Shown: piece after piece, positions 8,990 through 17,140 of the stretch
Position numbering within the stretch: position 1 is the first letter of the stretch
How the letters are laid out: each line of letters begins with the position of its first letter
Source of the DNA: Candidatus Lindowbacteria bacterium RIFCSPLOWO2_12_FULL_62_27
GTDB taxonomy: Bacteria > Lindowbacteria > 2-12-FULL-62-27
Direction: 5' to 3'
Assembly (NCBI GenBank): GCA_001784175.1
Contig: MFPR01000011.1
Span: 1 to 64,000, forward strand
Length of the DNA: 64,000 bases
The notes under the pieces: generated by a model
What the model was told of the DNA's origin: nothing
Databases searched by the model: none
The model's input: the letters and a program-made list of their open reading frames with translations, nothing else
Made by a program: the position numbers and the translations under genes

Positions 8990-11900
8990 TTAACCTTCGT
9001 AATACAAGGACACAAACACGCGGCCGGGAGCCGAATCCAGGAACCGATCCCGGATCGTTCGACAGGCGGCCGCCCACCGGGCCATCTGGGATTGCAATAT
9101 CCTCGTGATCAGACACGCCGCCGGATAGTTGATGGCCGCGTCGTCGCCGCCTGAACTGCCGGAACTGCTCCCGTCCGAAATTTCAAACCCACCGGGATCC
9201 ACCACGACGCCGTTGGCAACACCGTCGAGGTCGCCGGTGCCGCCGTCGGTGAGGGTCAGGAACACCTCGCTGTCGCCGTCGTGGCTGGTCAGGCTGGAGG
9301 TCATGTCGAGCCAGCCGTTGGCGGCGTCGAAGATGAAATACTTGGCCGTGACCGGCACGCTCTCCGGCATGTCGAGCGAGATCGTGATCGTGCCGCCGAT
9401 CGCCACGCCTTCGCATGTGAACGCGATGAGGCCGAATTTGAAATTCGTCGAAGGCTTCTCGGCCCGGCCGGTGTCGGACACCTCGTCCTCGAACTTCACC
9501 CCACCCAGCGTCGTGAACTTTTCGTCGCCGCCATTTTTGAGTTTGAACCCGATGGGTCGCGTGTCGCGCGCGAAGGGATTCGTGTCGAGCCTCTTGGCCG
9601 CTGTTGGCGTGATCGCCAGCGTCTCCGTCGCCGTCGTGAAACTCCGGGTCGTCATCCACGCCGACCACCCGCCGCGCGCATCGCAGAACCGCGCGCGCCA
9701 GTAATGCTTTTGCGCGCCCCGGAGTAGCCCGCGCGGGAATTTGAACCGCAGCCCCGCCATCTCCGCCGGGATCACGACGTTCACGCGCATGTGCATGTTG
9801 TCGAAGATCGACGTGGAGTCCGCCGCCTGCCAGTGCGTGCATTTGTGGGTGTCGCCGTCGGCGTCCGAGTAGCCGGTGATCGTGATCTCACCGCTTGGCG
9901 CGAAACCCACCGCCGCATCTGCGGGGGATGAAGGACTTGGCGCGGACGGACTCGTATTGAGAGACGACACCGCCGTGACGGGTTCGCCGGCGACGGGAAG
10001 GCCCGCAAAGTTGAACGACGCGCCGCTGCTTGCCGTCGCCGTGATATCCGAGGCCGACGCCACCAACGCGACAAAGGTCTGTCCGGCCGTCGCCGTGCCG
10101 GCGAAACTGTACGTCACGACAAGATACATCGGCTTGTCCTTCGTGAGCGACACCGAAAGCCCGCTGAAGGTCACGCTCCCATTGTCCGCCGTGACCGTTC
10201 CACTGCTCCCAAGTTGCGTGTCACCGGTTCCGTTGCCGTCCCCGTCCTGCCAGAGCTTCACGCCGGACGCGGAGAGCGCCGTCACGTCGTTTCCTGAACC
10301 CCCGGCGGTAACCTTGATGGACGACAACGTCCCGTTGCTTTTCGGCCCAATCACGATCTGGATCACCGGCAAGTCGGAGACCGCGCCGAAAACCGATTGC
10401 GGCGGCGGATTCGACGCGCCACGCCGGATAAAGGCGAACGCGGCGTTGCCGGTGTCCGTCGTCAGTATCGAATCCGAGAACCAGGATTCATTCACAATCG
10501 GCCACGTGTCGAAGGACGTGAGGCGATAGTAATAATTGTTCCCGGCGGTCACGCTCGTGTCCGTCCACGTCGTGACCGTTGGTCCGACCTGCGCAACCCT
10601 CCCCGCCGCCCAGTCGGTCGTGTCCGTGCGGTTCACGATTCGATAAATTCGTATGCCGCCGAATCCGGTCAGGACGGTGTTTTCTTCGTCCGCGGCGGGG
10701 TTCGTCCAAGAGAGCACGGGTTGGCCACTCGTGTTTTTGGTGATTGAAATATTCTGTGGGGCTTTCGGTGCGACTGTGTCCGCTCCCGGTGTGGTATCGA
10801 CCAAGCCGAGGCGAAATGGTTTGAATGTGATTTTTTTCGTTGCCGACGTATCGGCGATCATCTTATCAATTCGTTGCTCGTCGGTTGTCCCCCACCAATT
10901 GCGACTAAAATCAAACGGTTTACCTGTGTTGATGAAGACGCCTGAATCAGGCCAATACAACGAAGTTCGGATATTGTTTTTTTGAAAGGTGTCCATGGAC
11001 GCGCTACCCCATATAAACGAGGGTAAACCTTGGGCCAATGTGAATTGGTACGCTGTGTTTGAGTCCATATCGTTTTGATAGAAAAAGCTGTTGTTCGCAT
11101 TTCCGATAGCAAATGCATCGCCGGGTACTGCTGTCGCTCCCAACCCTCCCCCCGTCCCAGTCTCAAGGCCGGGCCACCGCGTCGCCCTTATAAGATTATG
11201 GGCAATTATATTACTGTCACTGCCTCTTCCGATGTTGTAAACGCTGCTTGCGCCCACACAAATACCCGCTCCAAAATTTGACACAATAAAATTCTGCAAA
11301 ATTTTGTTGTCGGAACTTCCGGCGAGCCTGATACCACAGTTTTCATTGTATCGGGCCGTATTGCCACTGACAACATTGCCCGTGCAACCCTCCAGTGCGA
11401 TTCCATTATCCGCATAGTACTCCACAGTGTTGTTGGATATCAAATTATTGGAGGCCCCGGCGGCGGTGAGCACTATTCCAGAAAACGAGCTGCCCATTCC
11501 CTTTCCGGTCATCGTATTGTTGGTGATAGTATTCCACGAACTGTAAATAAGGATCGTCGATCCAGTGCAGACATTGTTGCTGATGAGATTGGAAGTCGAC
11601 ACCCCAGAAACCTCGATGCCTCCTTTGAATATGCTATCCGACGTGATGGTCGATTGCGTCACATTCCGAAAGTCAATCAGCCCCTCAAGCAGACCAATGT
11701 TTTTTATCAATAGACCCGTTTGGGAATCGGCGTATATTCCGGTCCCTGTTCCAGGGGGATCGATGACTGTCGTGGCAGAATCTTTACCTACGAGAGCGAC
11801 ATTGTCCGTATCGATTGCGACGGTTTCCGCATATAGACCAGCATCGACAAAAACAGTGTCCCCAGATTTCACAGTGGCCATTGCCTTTGCGATCGTCCTA

Positions 11901-12061
11901 AAAGGTGCGCTTGCGACACCGGCACTGCCGTCGTTGCCGACGGCGGTCGTGTAAGCGTCGCCTGCGGTTGAAGTGTCGTTGACGTACCAATTTGCGGCGT
12001 AGATTGCCTGACAAAGAAACAAGTGTGACACGAAACCCCAAACCAGCCTACGGGTGACCAT
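8990..12061 (-). CDS. Large secreted surface protein: parallel beta-helix (NosD/pectin-lyase-like) + FN3/Ig-like modules + choice-of-anchor-U-like domain + CFI-box-CTERM-like tail
   Basis: Signal peptide ending IYA|ANWYVND; NNxIxxN beta-helix repeats; WTDTSVTAGNNYYYRL (FN3); LTLTDGGTGDLDGVANGVVVDPGG; Gly/Ser linker then CLITR...RTIRDRFL...GRVFVSLYY. Confidence 0.8.
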   Translation of the reverse strand: MVTRRLVWGFVSHLFLCQAIYAANWYVNDTSTAGDAYTTAVGNDGSAGVASAPFRTIAKAMATVKSGDTVFVDAGLYAETVAIDTDNVALVGKDSATTVIDPPGTGTGIYADSQTGLLIKNIGLLEGLIDFRNVTQSTITSDSIFKGGIEVSGVSTSNLISNNVCTGSTILIYSSWNTITNNTMTGKGMGSSFSGIVLTAAGASNNLISNNTVEYYADNGIALEGCTGNVVSGNTARYNENCGIRLAGSSDNKILQNFIVSNFGAGICVGASSVYNIGRGSDSNIIAHNLIRATRWPGLETGTGGGLGATAVPGDAFAIGNANNSFFYQNDMDSNTAYQFTLAQGLPSFIWGSASMDTFQKNNIRTSLYWPDSGVFINTGKPFDFSRNWWGTTDEQRIDKMIADTSATKKITFKPFRLGLVDTTPGADTVAPKAPQNISITKNTSGQPVLSWTNPAADEENTVLTGFGGIRIYRIVNRTDTTDWAAGRVAQVGPTVTTWTDTSVTAGNNYYYRLTSFDTWPIVNESWFSDSILTTDTGNAAFAFIRRGASNPPPQSVFGAVSDLPVIQIVIGPKSNGTLSSIKVTAGGSGNDVTALSASGVKLWQDGDGNGTGDTQLGSSGTVTADNGSVTFSGLSVSLTKDKPMYLVVTYSFAGTATAGQTFVALVASASDITATASSGASFNFAGLPVAGEPVTAVSSLNTSPSAPSPSSPADAAVGFAPSGEITITGYSDADGDTHKCTHWQAADSTSIFDNMHMRVNVVIPAEMAGLRFKFPRGLLRGAQKHYWRARFCDARGGWSAWMTTRSFTTATETLAITPTAAKRLDTNPFARDTRPIGFKLKNGGDEKFTTLGGVKFEDEVSDTGRAEKPSTNFKFGLIAFTCEGVAIGGTITISLDMPESVPVTAKYFIFDAANGWLDMTSSLTSHDGDSEVFLTLTDGGTGDLDGVANGVVVDPGGFEISDGSSSGSSGGDDAAINYPAACLITRILQSQMARWAAACRTIRDRFLDSAPGRVFVSLYYEG

Positions 12062-12557
12062 GTTTTCTGAAAAAGTCTCTCTGGTGTTCGTAATTCCTCG
12101 AATCCCGCGCGATGGCGGTGTATCGATCGAATTCGGCCTTGGTTATCCGATTGAGCGTTGGACGATAAACTCGAACAAGTCGTCCCGGTGGGATTCGAAT
12201 CACACTCCCGTTAGGCGGTCGGATTATCCATTTCATTCGTAACAACCTGCCGAAATCACCACCTGGCGTGGTCCCCAAAAGCGGATTCCAGTCGGTGTCT
12301 GTGTAACGGTAATACGACTCCCTTACCAGCCCAACGGCGCCGATTCGCCGGGCAAGAAGATAGGCGATGACGCCGTCGCCTTTCCTAATTTGTCTTGCGC
12401 AATTTTCGAAGGCTTTCCAAGCTTTGGGATGATTGACCTTATAATGCGACTTCGGCGGAAATCCACCAGCACAAACCAATTTCCTTCTACAAATATCCCA
12501 GAGATCATTCCATTCAGGCCTACGAATTGCAGGAATCTCGAATAGCCAGTGATTCAC
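12048..12557 (-). CDS. Hypothetical protein, EVE/PUA-like fold (resembles N-terminal domains of restriction-associated proteins)
   Basis: MNHWLF...QIRKGDGVIAYL...IGAVGLV...LRMKW pattern; RBS GGAGGTGG; AT-richer than the flanks. Confidence 0.5.
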   Translation of the reverse strand: MNHWLFEIPAIRRPEWNDLWDICRRKLVCAGGFPPKSHYKVNHPKAWKAFENCARQIRKGDGVIAYLLARRIGAVGLVRESYYRYTDTDWNPLLGTTPGGDFGRLLRMKWIIRPPNGSVIRIPPGRLVRVYRPTLNRITKAEFDRYTAIARDSRNYEHQRDFFRKHGHP

Positions 12558-12571
12558 GCTCCACCTCCCGA

Positions 12572-12711
12572 CAAAAAAGGGCAGGACGCCCAGAAACTTC
12601 GTCCTCGCCGGGAAGACTCAGACGGGTTTCCATTTCGGACGCCCCGCCCACGTGAGTAGGCAGAGCCGTCCCGTCTGAGTAACCTCGATATCCAATCGCT
12701 TCCCGGCGAGT
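12572..12711 (-). ncRNA. Candidate structured leader RNA ending in an intrinsic terminator-like hairpin
   Basis: Nested perfect inverted repeats 12604-12615/12699-12710 and 12616-12626/12670-12680, an inner hairpin, and GGGCG-TCC-TGCCC-TTTTTT on the minus strand. Confidence 0.45.
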
Positions 12712-12745
12712 TTAGGCGCGGCCGAAGCCGCAACGTGTATATTTT

Positions 12746-12784
12746 CACAAATCCCCGGCCGAAACACAAGGCGAAACGGGATCG
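12746..12784. repeat. 39-bp repeat A, copy 1
   Basis: CACAAATCCCCGGCCGAAACACAAGGCGAAACGGGATCG, followed by GAAACCGGATTCCGG, which is shared with copy 4. Confidence 0.95.
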
Positions 12785-12807
12785 AGAAACCGGATTCCGG
12801 CCGCGGC

Positions 12808-12836
12808 TTGCCGGATTGATGTTGTTGCGATACAAT
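12808..12836 (+). promoter_or_regulatory. Sigma70-like promoter
   Basis: TTGCCG-N17-TACAAT. Confidence 0.6.
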
Positions 12837-12898
12837 CAGACTGTGAATTTCCGGAATGTTGAGCGCCTCGTCGATCGGGAAAAAGATAGAGTTTGTAC

Positions 12899-13381
12899 AT
12901 GGCGATGAAACGGGTGTACATTGAGACGACGGTCGTGAGTTACCTCACGGCAAACCCGGCTCGGGATGTAATCGTCGCCGGGCATCAGGAGGCAACCCGT
13001 GAGCTTTGGCCGCGCCTTGCCGCCGGATACGAGGGCTACGTTTCCGCGCTTGTTTACCAGGAGGCGGGGAAGGGGGATCCGGAAAAGGCCGGATTGCGTG
13101 TTGAGGCCATCAGGTCATTCCGCATGCTGGACATTGATGCGGAGTGCCGGACACTCGCCGAAAAGATCATTGCCGGTAAGGGCATACCGGGAGAGTATCC
13201 GGAAGACGCGCTTCACATCGCCGTCGCGGCCGTCAACGGGATGGATGTCGTCATCACATGGAACTTTGCGCACTTAAACAATCCGTTGACCCGCATGGTG
13301 GTCAGGCGGATTGTCGAGAGCGCGGGATATGGGTGTCCGGAGCTGTGCTCACCGGAAGAACTGCTGGAGGCGGACAAATGA
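12899..13381 (+). CDS. PIN-domain (VapC-like) toxin
   Basis: KRVYIETTVVSYL...EDALHIAVAAVNGMDVVITWNFAHL; start at 12899 or 12905. Confidence 0.88.
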   Translation: MAMKRVYIETTVVSYLTANPARDVIVAGHQEATRELWPRLAAGYEGYVSALVYQEAGKGDPEKAGLRVEAIRSFRMLDIDAECRTLAEKIIAGKGIPGEYPEDALHIAVAAVNGMDVVITWNFAHLNNPLTRMVVRRIVESAGYGCPELCSPEELLEADK

Positions 13382-13566
13382 AAGATCCCATAGTGGAAGA
13401 GGTGCGAAAACACCGAATGGAACACACCCAAAAATTTTCGGGCGATCTTGCGGCCATATGCGCCGACCTGCGCTCTATTCAATCGGCATCGGGATTTCAG
13501 GTCGTCCGTCTCTCCCCGAGGAAAGCCGAGCCGGTTTTCACAGCAGAAAAAAAAGAAACCGCCTGA
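13378..13566 (+). CDS. Small putative antitoxin partner of the PIN toxin
   Basis: MKDPIVEEVRKHR...DLAAICADLR; ATGA overlap with the PIN gene. Confidence 0.75.
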   Translation: MKDPIVEEVRKHRMEHTQKFSGDLAAICADLRSIQSASGFQVVRLSPRKAEPVFTAEKKETA

Positions 13567-13730
13567 TTTCAAAAAAAGGGCCGGTTCGAATTTAAGGTGA
13601 GGCGTGCGAACGGGCAGCGCGGTTTGCGGAAGGAAAAACGATTTTTTTAAGTTGAGGCGGGCGAAGGGATTGACTGCGATTTTTTGTCTGTTTATTTCGG
13701 AAGACGGCAACAGCCGCGGCCATCGGATTT

Positions 13731-13769
13731 CACAAATCCCCGGCCGAAAGACAAGGCGAATCGGGATCG
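13731..13769. repeat. 39-bp repeat A, copy 2
   Basis: 2 mismatches to copy 1; closed by a GGATTT/AAATCC inverted pair. Confidence 0.95.
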
Positions 13770-13780
13770 TAAATCCACAT

Positions 13781-13809
13781 TTGACAATACACCAAAACTG
13801 ATGTATATT
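13781..13809 (+). promoter_or_regulatory. Sigma70-like promoter, probably producing a leaderless mRNA
   Basis: TTGACA-N17-TATATT, with a GTG start 6 nt downstream. Confidence 0.75.
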
Positions 13810-13815
13810 TCCCCT

Positions 13816-14169
13816 GTGTACGCGGTCATTTACTACAGCACGGAACGCGGAGACCGGCCGGTCCTTGAGTTCCTGGACAACCTGGACAAAAAGTCCCGCG
13901 CGAAGGTCATGGCCCATATCGACCTGTTGGCTCAATACGGTCCCGATCTGAAACGGCCATACGCGGATCATGTCCGGAGGAAGATTCGGGAACTCCGGGT
14001 TCAGATGGGTTCAAAAAAATACCGGATTTTGCATTTCTTCTTTTTTGAAGGGCGAATCGTATTGCTCCATTCTCTGCTCAAGACAACGCCGAAGCTGAAG
14101 GAAAGCGATATCGCCTTGGCGGAAAGCCGGATGGCTGACTGGATCGCCAGACATCCGAGAGGAGGTTGA
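13816..14169 (+). CDS. RelE/HigB-family toxin (Gp49/DUF891-like)
   Basis: PVLEFLDNL...LAQYGPDLKRPYADHV...IRELRV...YRILHFFF...IVLLHSLLKTT. Confidence 0.88.
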   Translation: MYAVIYYSTERGDRPVLEFLDNLDKKSRAKVMAHIDLLAQYGPDLKRPYADHVRRKIRELRVQMGSKKYRILHFFFFEGRIVLLHSLLKTTPKLKESDIALAESRMADWIARHPRGG

Positions 14170-14175
14170 ATTGCG

Positions 14176-14472
14176 ATGAGAAAACCGAAGATCAGAACAT
14201 TTCAGGAACATCTCAAAAAGGAATTGAAAGATCCCGAATTCCGGAAACATTTTGAGGAAGAGCGCCGGGCGCTGGCGCTTGCCATGAAAATCGTCAAACT
14301 CCGGCAAAGACGAGGATTGACCCAGAAAGATTTGGCAAGGGCGATGCGAACGAGCCAGCAGGCGGTTTCCAGGATCGAAAGCGGGGAATACGAAGGCTTT
14401 ACTTTAAAAACGCTTGAAAAGATTGCCGAAGCAACCGGCTCACGTCTGAAGATCGACCTTTTGCCGGCGTAA
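14176..14472 (+). CDS. HigA-like XRE HTH antitoxin
   Basis: LKDPEFRKHFEE...LRQRRGLTQKDLARAMRTSQQAVSRIESG; RBS GGAGG. Confidence 0.9.
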   Translation: MRKPKIRTFQEHLKKELKDPEFRKHFEEERRALALAMKIVKLRQRRGLTQKDLARAMRTSQQAVSRIESGEYEGFTLKTLEKIAEATGSRLKIDLLPA

Positions 14473-14511
14473 CACAAATCCCCGGCCGAAACACAAGGCG
14501 ACACGGGATCG
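14473..14511. repeat. 39-bp repeat A, copy 3
   Basis: Begins immediately after the TAA of the HigA-like gene; 1 mismatch to copy 1. Confidence 0.95.
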
Positions 14512-14651
14512 TGACAGGACTTGGAGACAAAGGGACAAGGAGACGAGGAGACTTGGGGAGGATGTCCGACGGCGCCGACCAACTCGCATCCGACCGCCGG
14601 CAGTTGCTGCCAAAGCTTGCTTCGCTCCGTTTTGTGCGGTAGCTTGTGGAC

Positions 14652-14897
14652 ATGAACATTCAAATTGATGAGGATACGGCTGGAAGTCTGAACCTGACCG
14701 AAGACCAACTGCGATTTGAGTTGGCGGTGGGGCTCTTCGTCGACAACAAGTTGAGCCTGGGCCGGGCCGCGCGCGTAGCCGGAATGGACAGCATCCAGTT
14801 TCAACGGGAGTTGGCCGCCCGGCGCATCCCATTGCATTACGGGGTCGAGGAATTCCGCCAGGATTTGAGGACCATTGAGAGTCTGTCTGCCCATTGA
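14652..14897 (+). CDS. UPF0175-family antitoxin
   Basis: LRFELAVGLFVDNKLSLGRAARVAGM...FQRELAARRIPLHYGVEEFRQDL; promoter TTGCTT-N17-TAGCTT at 14617-14645. Confidence 0.88.
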   Translation: MNIQIDEDTAGSLNLTEDQLRFELAVGLFVDNKLSLGRAARVAGMDSIQFQRELAARRIPLHYGVEEFRQDLRTIESLSAH

Positions 14898-14949
14898 TCG
14901 TCGTTAGCGACACGTCACCCTTAACCAATCTGCTCTCCATCGGCGCGGA
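14894..14949 (+). pseudogene. Truncated DUF3368-type PIN toxin (only about 18 N-terminal codons)
   Basis: The TTG overlapping the UPF0175 stop reads MIVVSDTSPLTNLLSIG, the usual partner N-terminus, then runs into the repeat/palindrome. Confidence 0.8.
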
Positions 14950-14980
14950 GTCAAGAGATGTGGGCCGTCAAGAGATGTGG

Positions 14981-15033
14981 GCCGCTCTTGACTTTTTGAC
15001 TTTTTGCCACAAAGTCAAAAAGTCAAGAGCGGC
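14981..15033. repeat. 53-bp perfect palindrome B, copy 1
   Basis: Arms GCCGCTCTTGACTTTTTGACTTT / AAAGTCAAAAAGTCAAGAGCGGC (23 bp) with a 7-nt loop; preceded by 2x GTCAAGAGATGTGGGCC. Confidence 0.95.
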
Positions 15034-15080
15034 ACCGGGCCCGGGCCCGAGATAGACCACGGCCGGCGTAGGTCGGAGTT

Positions 15081-15119
15081 TCAAAATCCCCGGCCGAAAC
15101 ACAAGGCGGATCGGGATCG
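15081..15119. repeat. 39-bp repeat A, copy 4
   Basis: TCAAAATCCCCGGCCGAAACACAAGGCGGATCGGGATCG followed by GAAACCGGATTCCGG. Confidence 0.95.
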
Positions 15120-15192
15120 GGAAACCGGATTCCGGACGATGTTCAGTGAAAACGCGCTTGCCAAATTCAGCGGAGGCGGGGATAATGGACCC

Positions 15193-15411
15193 ATGAAGAA
15201 CACACTGCAGGATTTAACGTCGTTGTCTGTTGCAGAGCGGATTCAACTCGTCGCCGATCTCTGGGACAGCATCGCCAGAACGCCCGCGAAGGTGCCGGTT
15301 CCGATGTGGCAGAAAAAGGAATTGGACAGGCGGAAGGCCCGATTCCTCAAGAATCCCGGCTCGGGAATGACATGGGAGCAATTCAAACGGTCCGTCAACG
15401 GCCGTAAATGA
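15193..15411 (+). CDS. Addiction-module antitoxin (TIGR02574-like)
   Basis: LSVAERIQLVADLWDSI...WQKKELDRR...MTWEQFK; promoter TTGCCA-N17-GATAAT at 15158-15186. Confidence 0.88.
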   Translation: MKNTLQDLTSLSVAERIQLVADLWDSIARTPAKVPVPMWQKKELDRRKARFLKNPGSGMTWEQFKRSVNGRK

Positions 15412-15707
15412 TTCATGATCTGATTCTGTTGCCCGAAGCCTGTCAGGATATTCTCGACGCCGCAACGTGGTACGAGGGACAATCCGACGGACTGGGCACG
15501 GAATTCTTTCGTTGCATAGATGCCTGCGTCAATCTGATTCGCCGGCAACCGTTGATCTACGGGATTCTTCACCGAAATTTTCGACGAGCGCTTGTCCGAC
15601 GTTTTCCCTATGCTGTTTTCTTCGAAGTCGACCGCAACGCGGTCGTCATCTATTCCGTATTCCATTGTGCGCGGAATCCATCCGCATGGCGGAATAGAAT
15701 CCAATAA
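15408..15707 (+). CDS. RelE/ParE-family toxin
   Basis: PEACQDILDAATWYE...GLGTEF...RRALVRRFPYAVFF...VFHCARNP. Confidence 0.9.
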   Translation: MIHDLILLPEACQDILDAATWYEGQSDGLGTEFFRCIDACVNLIRRQPLIYGILHRNFRRALVRRFPYAVFFEVDRNAVVIYSVFHCARNPSAWRNRIQ

Positions 15708-15825
15708 ACGACCGGCGGCCTCCGCTCGCCTCTCCGAGATAAAATAGATCGAAACCCGAACCCGCGCCTGGCGCTCCTGCGGGCGGATCGAGATACTTGC
15801 CTCGGTGGGTGAGTTGTAGTCCCGG

Positions 15826-15934
15826 TCAGCCGGGCCGTCCGGCCCGGAGAAGCACTGCGCCGAACAGGACGACCGTAACGGCGACGCAGAGGTACGGCAG
15901 GACCCATCCGAACCGGTGATAGATCGTCCGGTCC
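15826..15934 (-). repeat. Stranded duplicate of the 3' end of the lnt gene at 17381-18799
   Basis: 15854-15934 matches 17418-17498 (81 bp, 2 mismatches) and continues in frame to ...FGAVLLRAGRPG-TGA (15826). In addition, 15726-15746 = 17398-17418. Confidence 0.92.
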
Positions 15935-15967
15935 GAAAAGAAAAAAAAGGGGGCCGCTCAAAAAGGG

Positions 15968-16020
15968 GCCGCTCTTGACTTTTTGACTTTTTGCCGCAAA
16001 GTCAAAAAGTCAAGAGCGGC
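15968..16020. repeat. 53-bp perfect palindrome B, copy 2
   Basis: Same arms as copy 1 with one loop difference; flanked by short tandem duplications on both sides. Confidence 0.95.
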
Positions 16021-16041
16021 ACCGGGCCGCGGCACCGGGCC

Positions 16042-16302
16042 GCGCATGCGGACGAAGAGGCGCGCGAAGACGGGCTGACACGCGAGGAAGTTTACGATTC
16101 GGTTATTCGCGGTGAAATCATAGAGGACTATGCGGACGACGAGCCTCATCCAAGCTGTTTGATCTATGGCACGATCAAGGGGAAGCCGGTTCACAGCGTT
16201 TGGTCATACAACGCGAAAAATAAATCCACCGTGCTGGTCACCGTTTATCGGCCTGACCCCAAACAGTGGATCAACTGGAAGGAAAGGAGAAAAGCGAAAT
16301 GA
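16042..16302 (+). pseudogene. DUF4258-family toxin-like gene lacking its native N-terminus
   Basis: HADEEA...GEIIEDY.DD.PHPSCLIYG...PVHSVW...VTVYRPDP..W; the only in-frame start is the TTG at 15991 in the palindrome loop. Confidence 0.75.
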
Positions 16303-16544
16303 AACTTTTGGACAAGTGTCCGGTTTGCTCCGGCGAGATCGTAGAAAAAGGAGTTCGAAAACTTTTGGAGGGCGGCAGCAACCACACGGCAATCATGAAA
16401 GTCGCGGCCGAGGTCTGCCTGCACTGCGGCGAACGATTCTATTCCGATGCGACCGTCAAACGATTTGAAGAAATCCGGGCCAAACTGGAGCGGCAAGAAA
16501 CGGCGGGTCTTCAAAAAGTAGGACTGACCTTTCAGGTGGTTTGA
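16299..16544 (+). CDS. YgiT/MqsA-type zinc-finger antitoxin-like protein
   Basis: KCPVCSG...AEVCLHCGERFYS; the usual partner of DUF4258. Confidence 0.88.
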   Translation: MKLLDKCPVCSGEIVEKGVRKLLEGGSNHTAIMKVAAEVCLHCGERFYSDATVKRFEEIRAKLERQETAGLQKVGLTFQVV

Positions 16545-16778
16545 TTCGCCCTGATCCTCTGTAAGATATAAGCTGCGGGACCCTGTGTCATTGTTCTACT
16601 TTGCTACTTTCGCCTGCCGTGAAACATTGTCACTGCGAATCATGAAACCGAATCCCGAACCCGCCGCCGGTCGCGGAGGCCGCCGGAACGGGGTGCGGCG
16701 GACGTTTTGCGGACGTTCCCGAATGGTGACCGAATTGCAACGCTTGAAATACTTTCGCCTATGCGGTAAGAATTACAC

Positions 16779-16850
16779 ATGAACGTGCGCATCGAAGGTG
16801 TTGAGATGGACCAATTAAATCTGAGCGAGTCCCAGCGTAGAGCGGTTTGA
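16779..16850 (+). pseudogene. Probable second UPF0175 N-terminal remnant
   Basis: MNVRIEGVEMDQLNLSESQRRAV* aligns by eye with MNIQIDEDTAGSLNLTEDQLR at 14652; its stop overlaps the BrnT-like start. Confidence 0.45.
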
Positions 16851-17140
16851 ACTTGAAGATCGCAGAAATAATCTGGAAGGAGAAATTTGTCGAGAAACTG
16901 GAGGTTCTGCACCCTGTTTCGACGGACGAGGTCGAAGAGATCATTTGCGGAACGGAGAAATTCTTTCGGATGAAAAGGGGCAAGGTCAAAGGCGAGGATG
17001 TATATCGGGCCGGAGGGCAAACGGAGGACGGTCGGTTCCTGACGGTATTCTTCATTTACAAGAAACGACGGAACGCCGCGTTGCCGATCAGCGCGCGGGA
17101 AATGGACGACAAAGAAAGGAGACGATACAAACGTGAATAA
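16847..17140 (+). CDS. BrnT-family toxin
   Basis: IIW...VEKL...H.VSTDEVEE...YRAGGQTEDGRFLTVFFIYK...PISAREMDDKERRRY. Confidence 0.88.
   Translation: MNLKIAEIIWKEKFVEKLEVLHPVSTDEVEEIICGTEKFFRMKRGKVKGEDVYRAGGQTEDGRFLTVFFIYKKRRNAALPISAREMDDKERRRYKRE

Noticed and set aside
9011-9057. Fifth copy of repeat A in the 3' end of the surface-protein gene
   Set aside because: Only short patches match (CACAAA, CGGCCG, GGATCG) and the spacing differs.
12596-12630. HDV-like ribozyme (TCCTCGC loop)
   Set aside because: No matching P1 or P1.1 pairing could be found.
12746-12784. Repeat A as a c-di-GMP-I riboswitch
   Set aside because: CAAA..CCGGCC.AAA resembles the second stem, but the required upstream GGCAAACC...GAAA stem is not conserved in any copy.
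12746-15119. Repeat A as a CRISPR array or integron attC sites
   Set aside because: The copies are 0.6-1 kb apart with genes between them. There are no cas or intI genes, and RYYYAAC/GTTRRRY ends are absent apart from a partial match in copy 3.
15004-15192. N-terminal extension of the addiction-module antitoxin from the TTG in the palindrome
   Set aside because: The extension is translated repeat sequence; a good promoter and an ATG at 15193 explain the gene.
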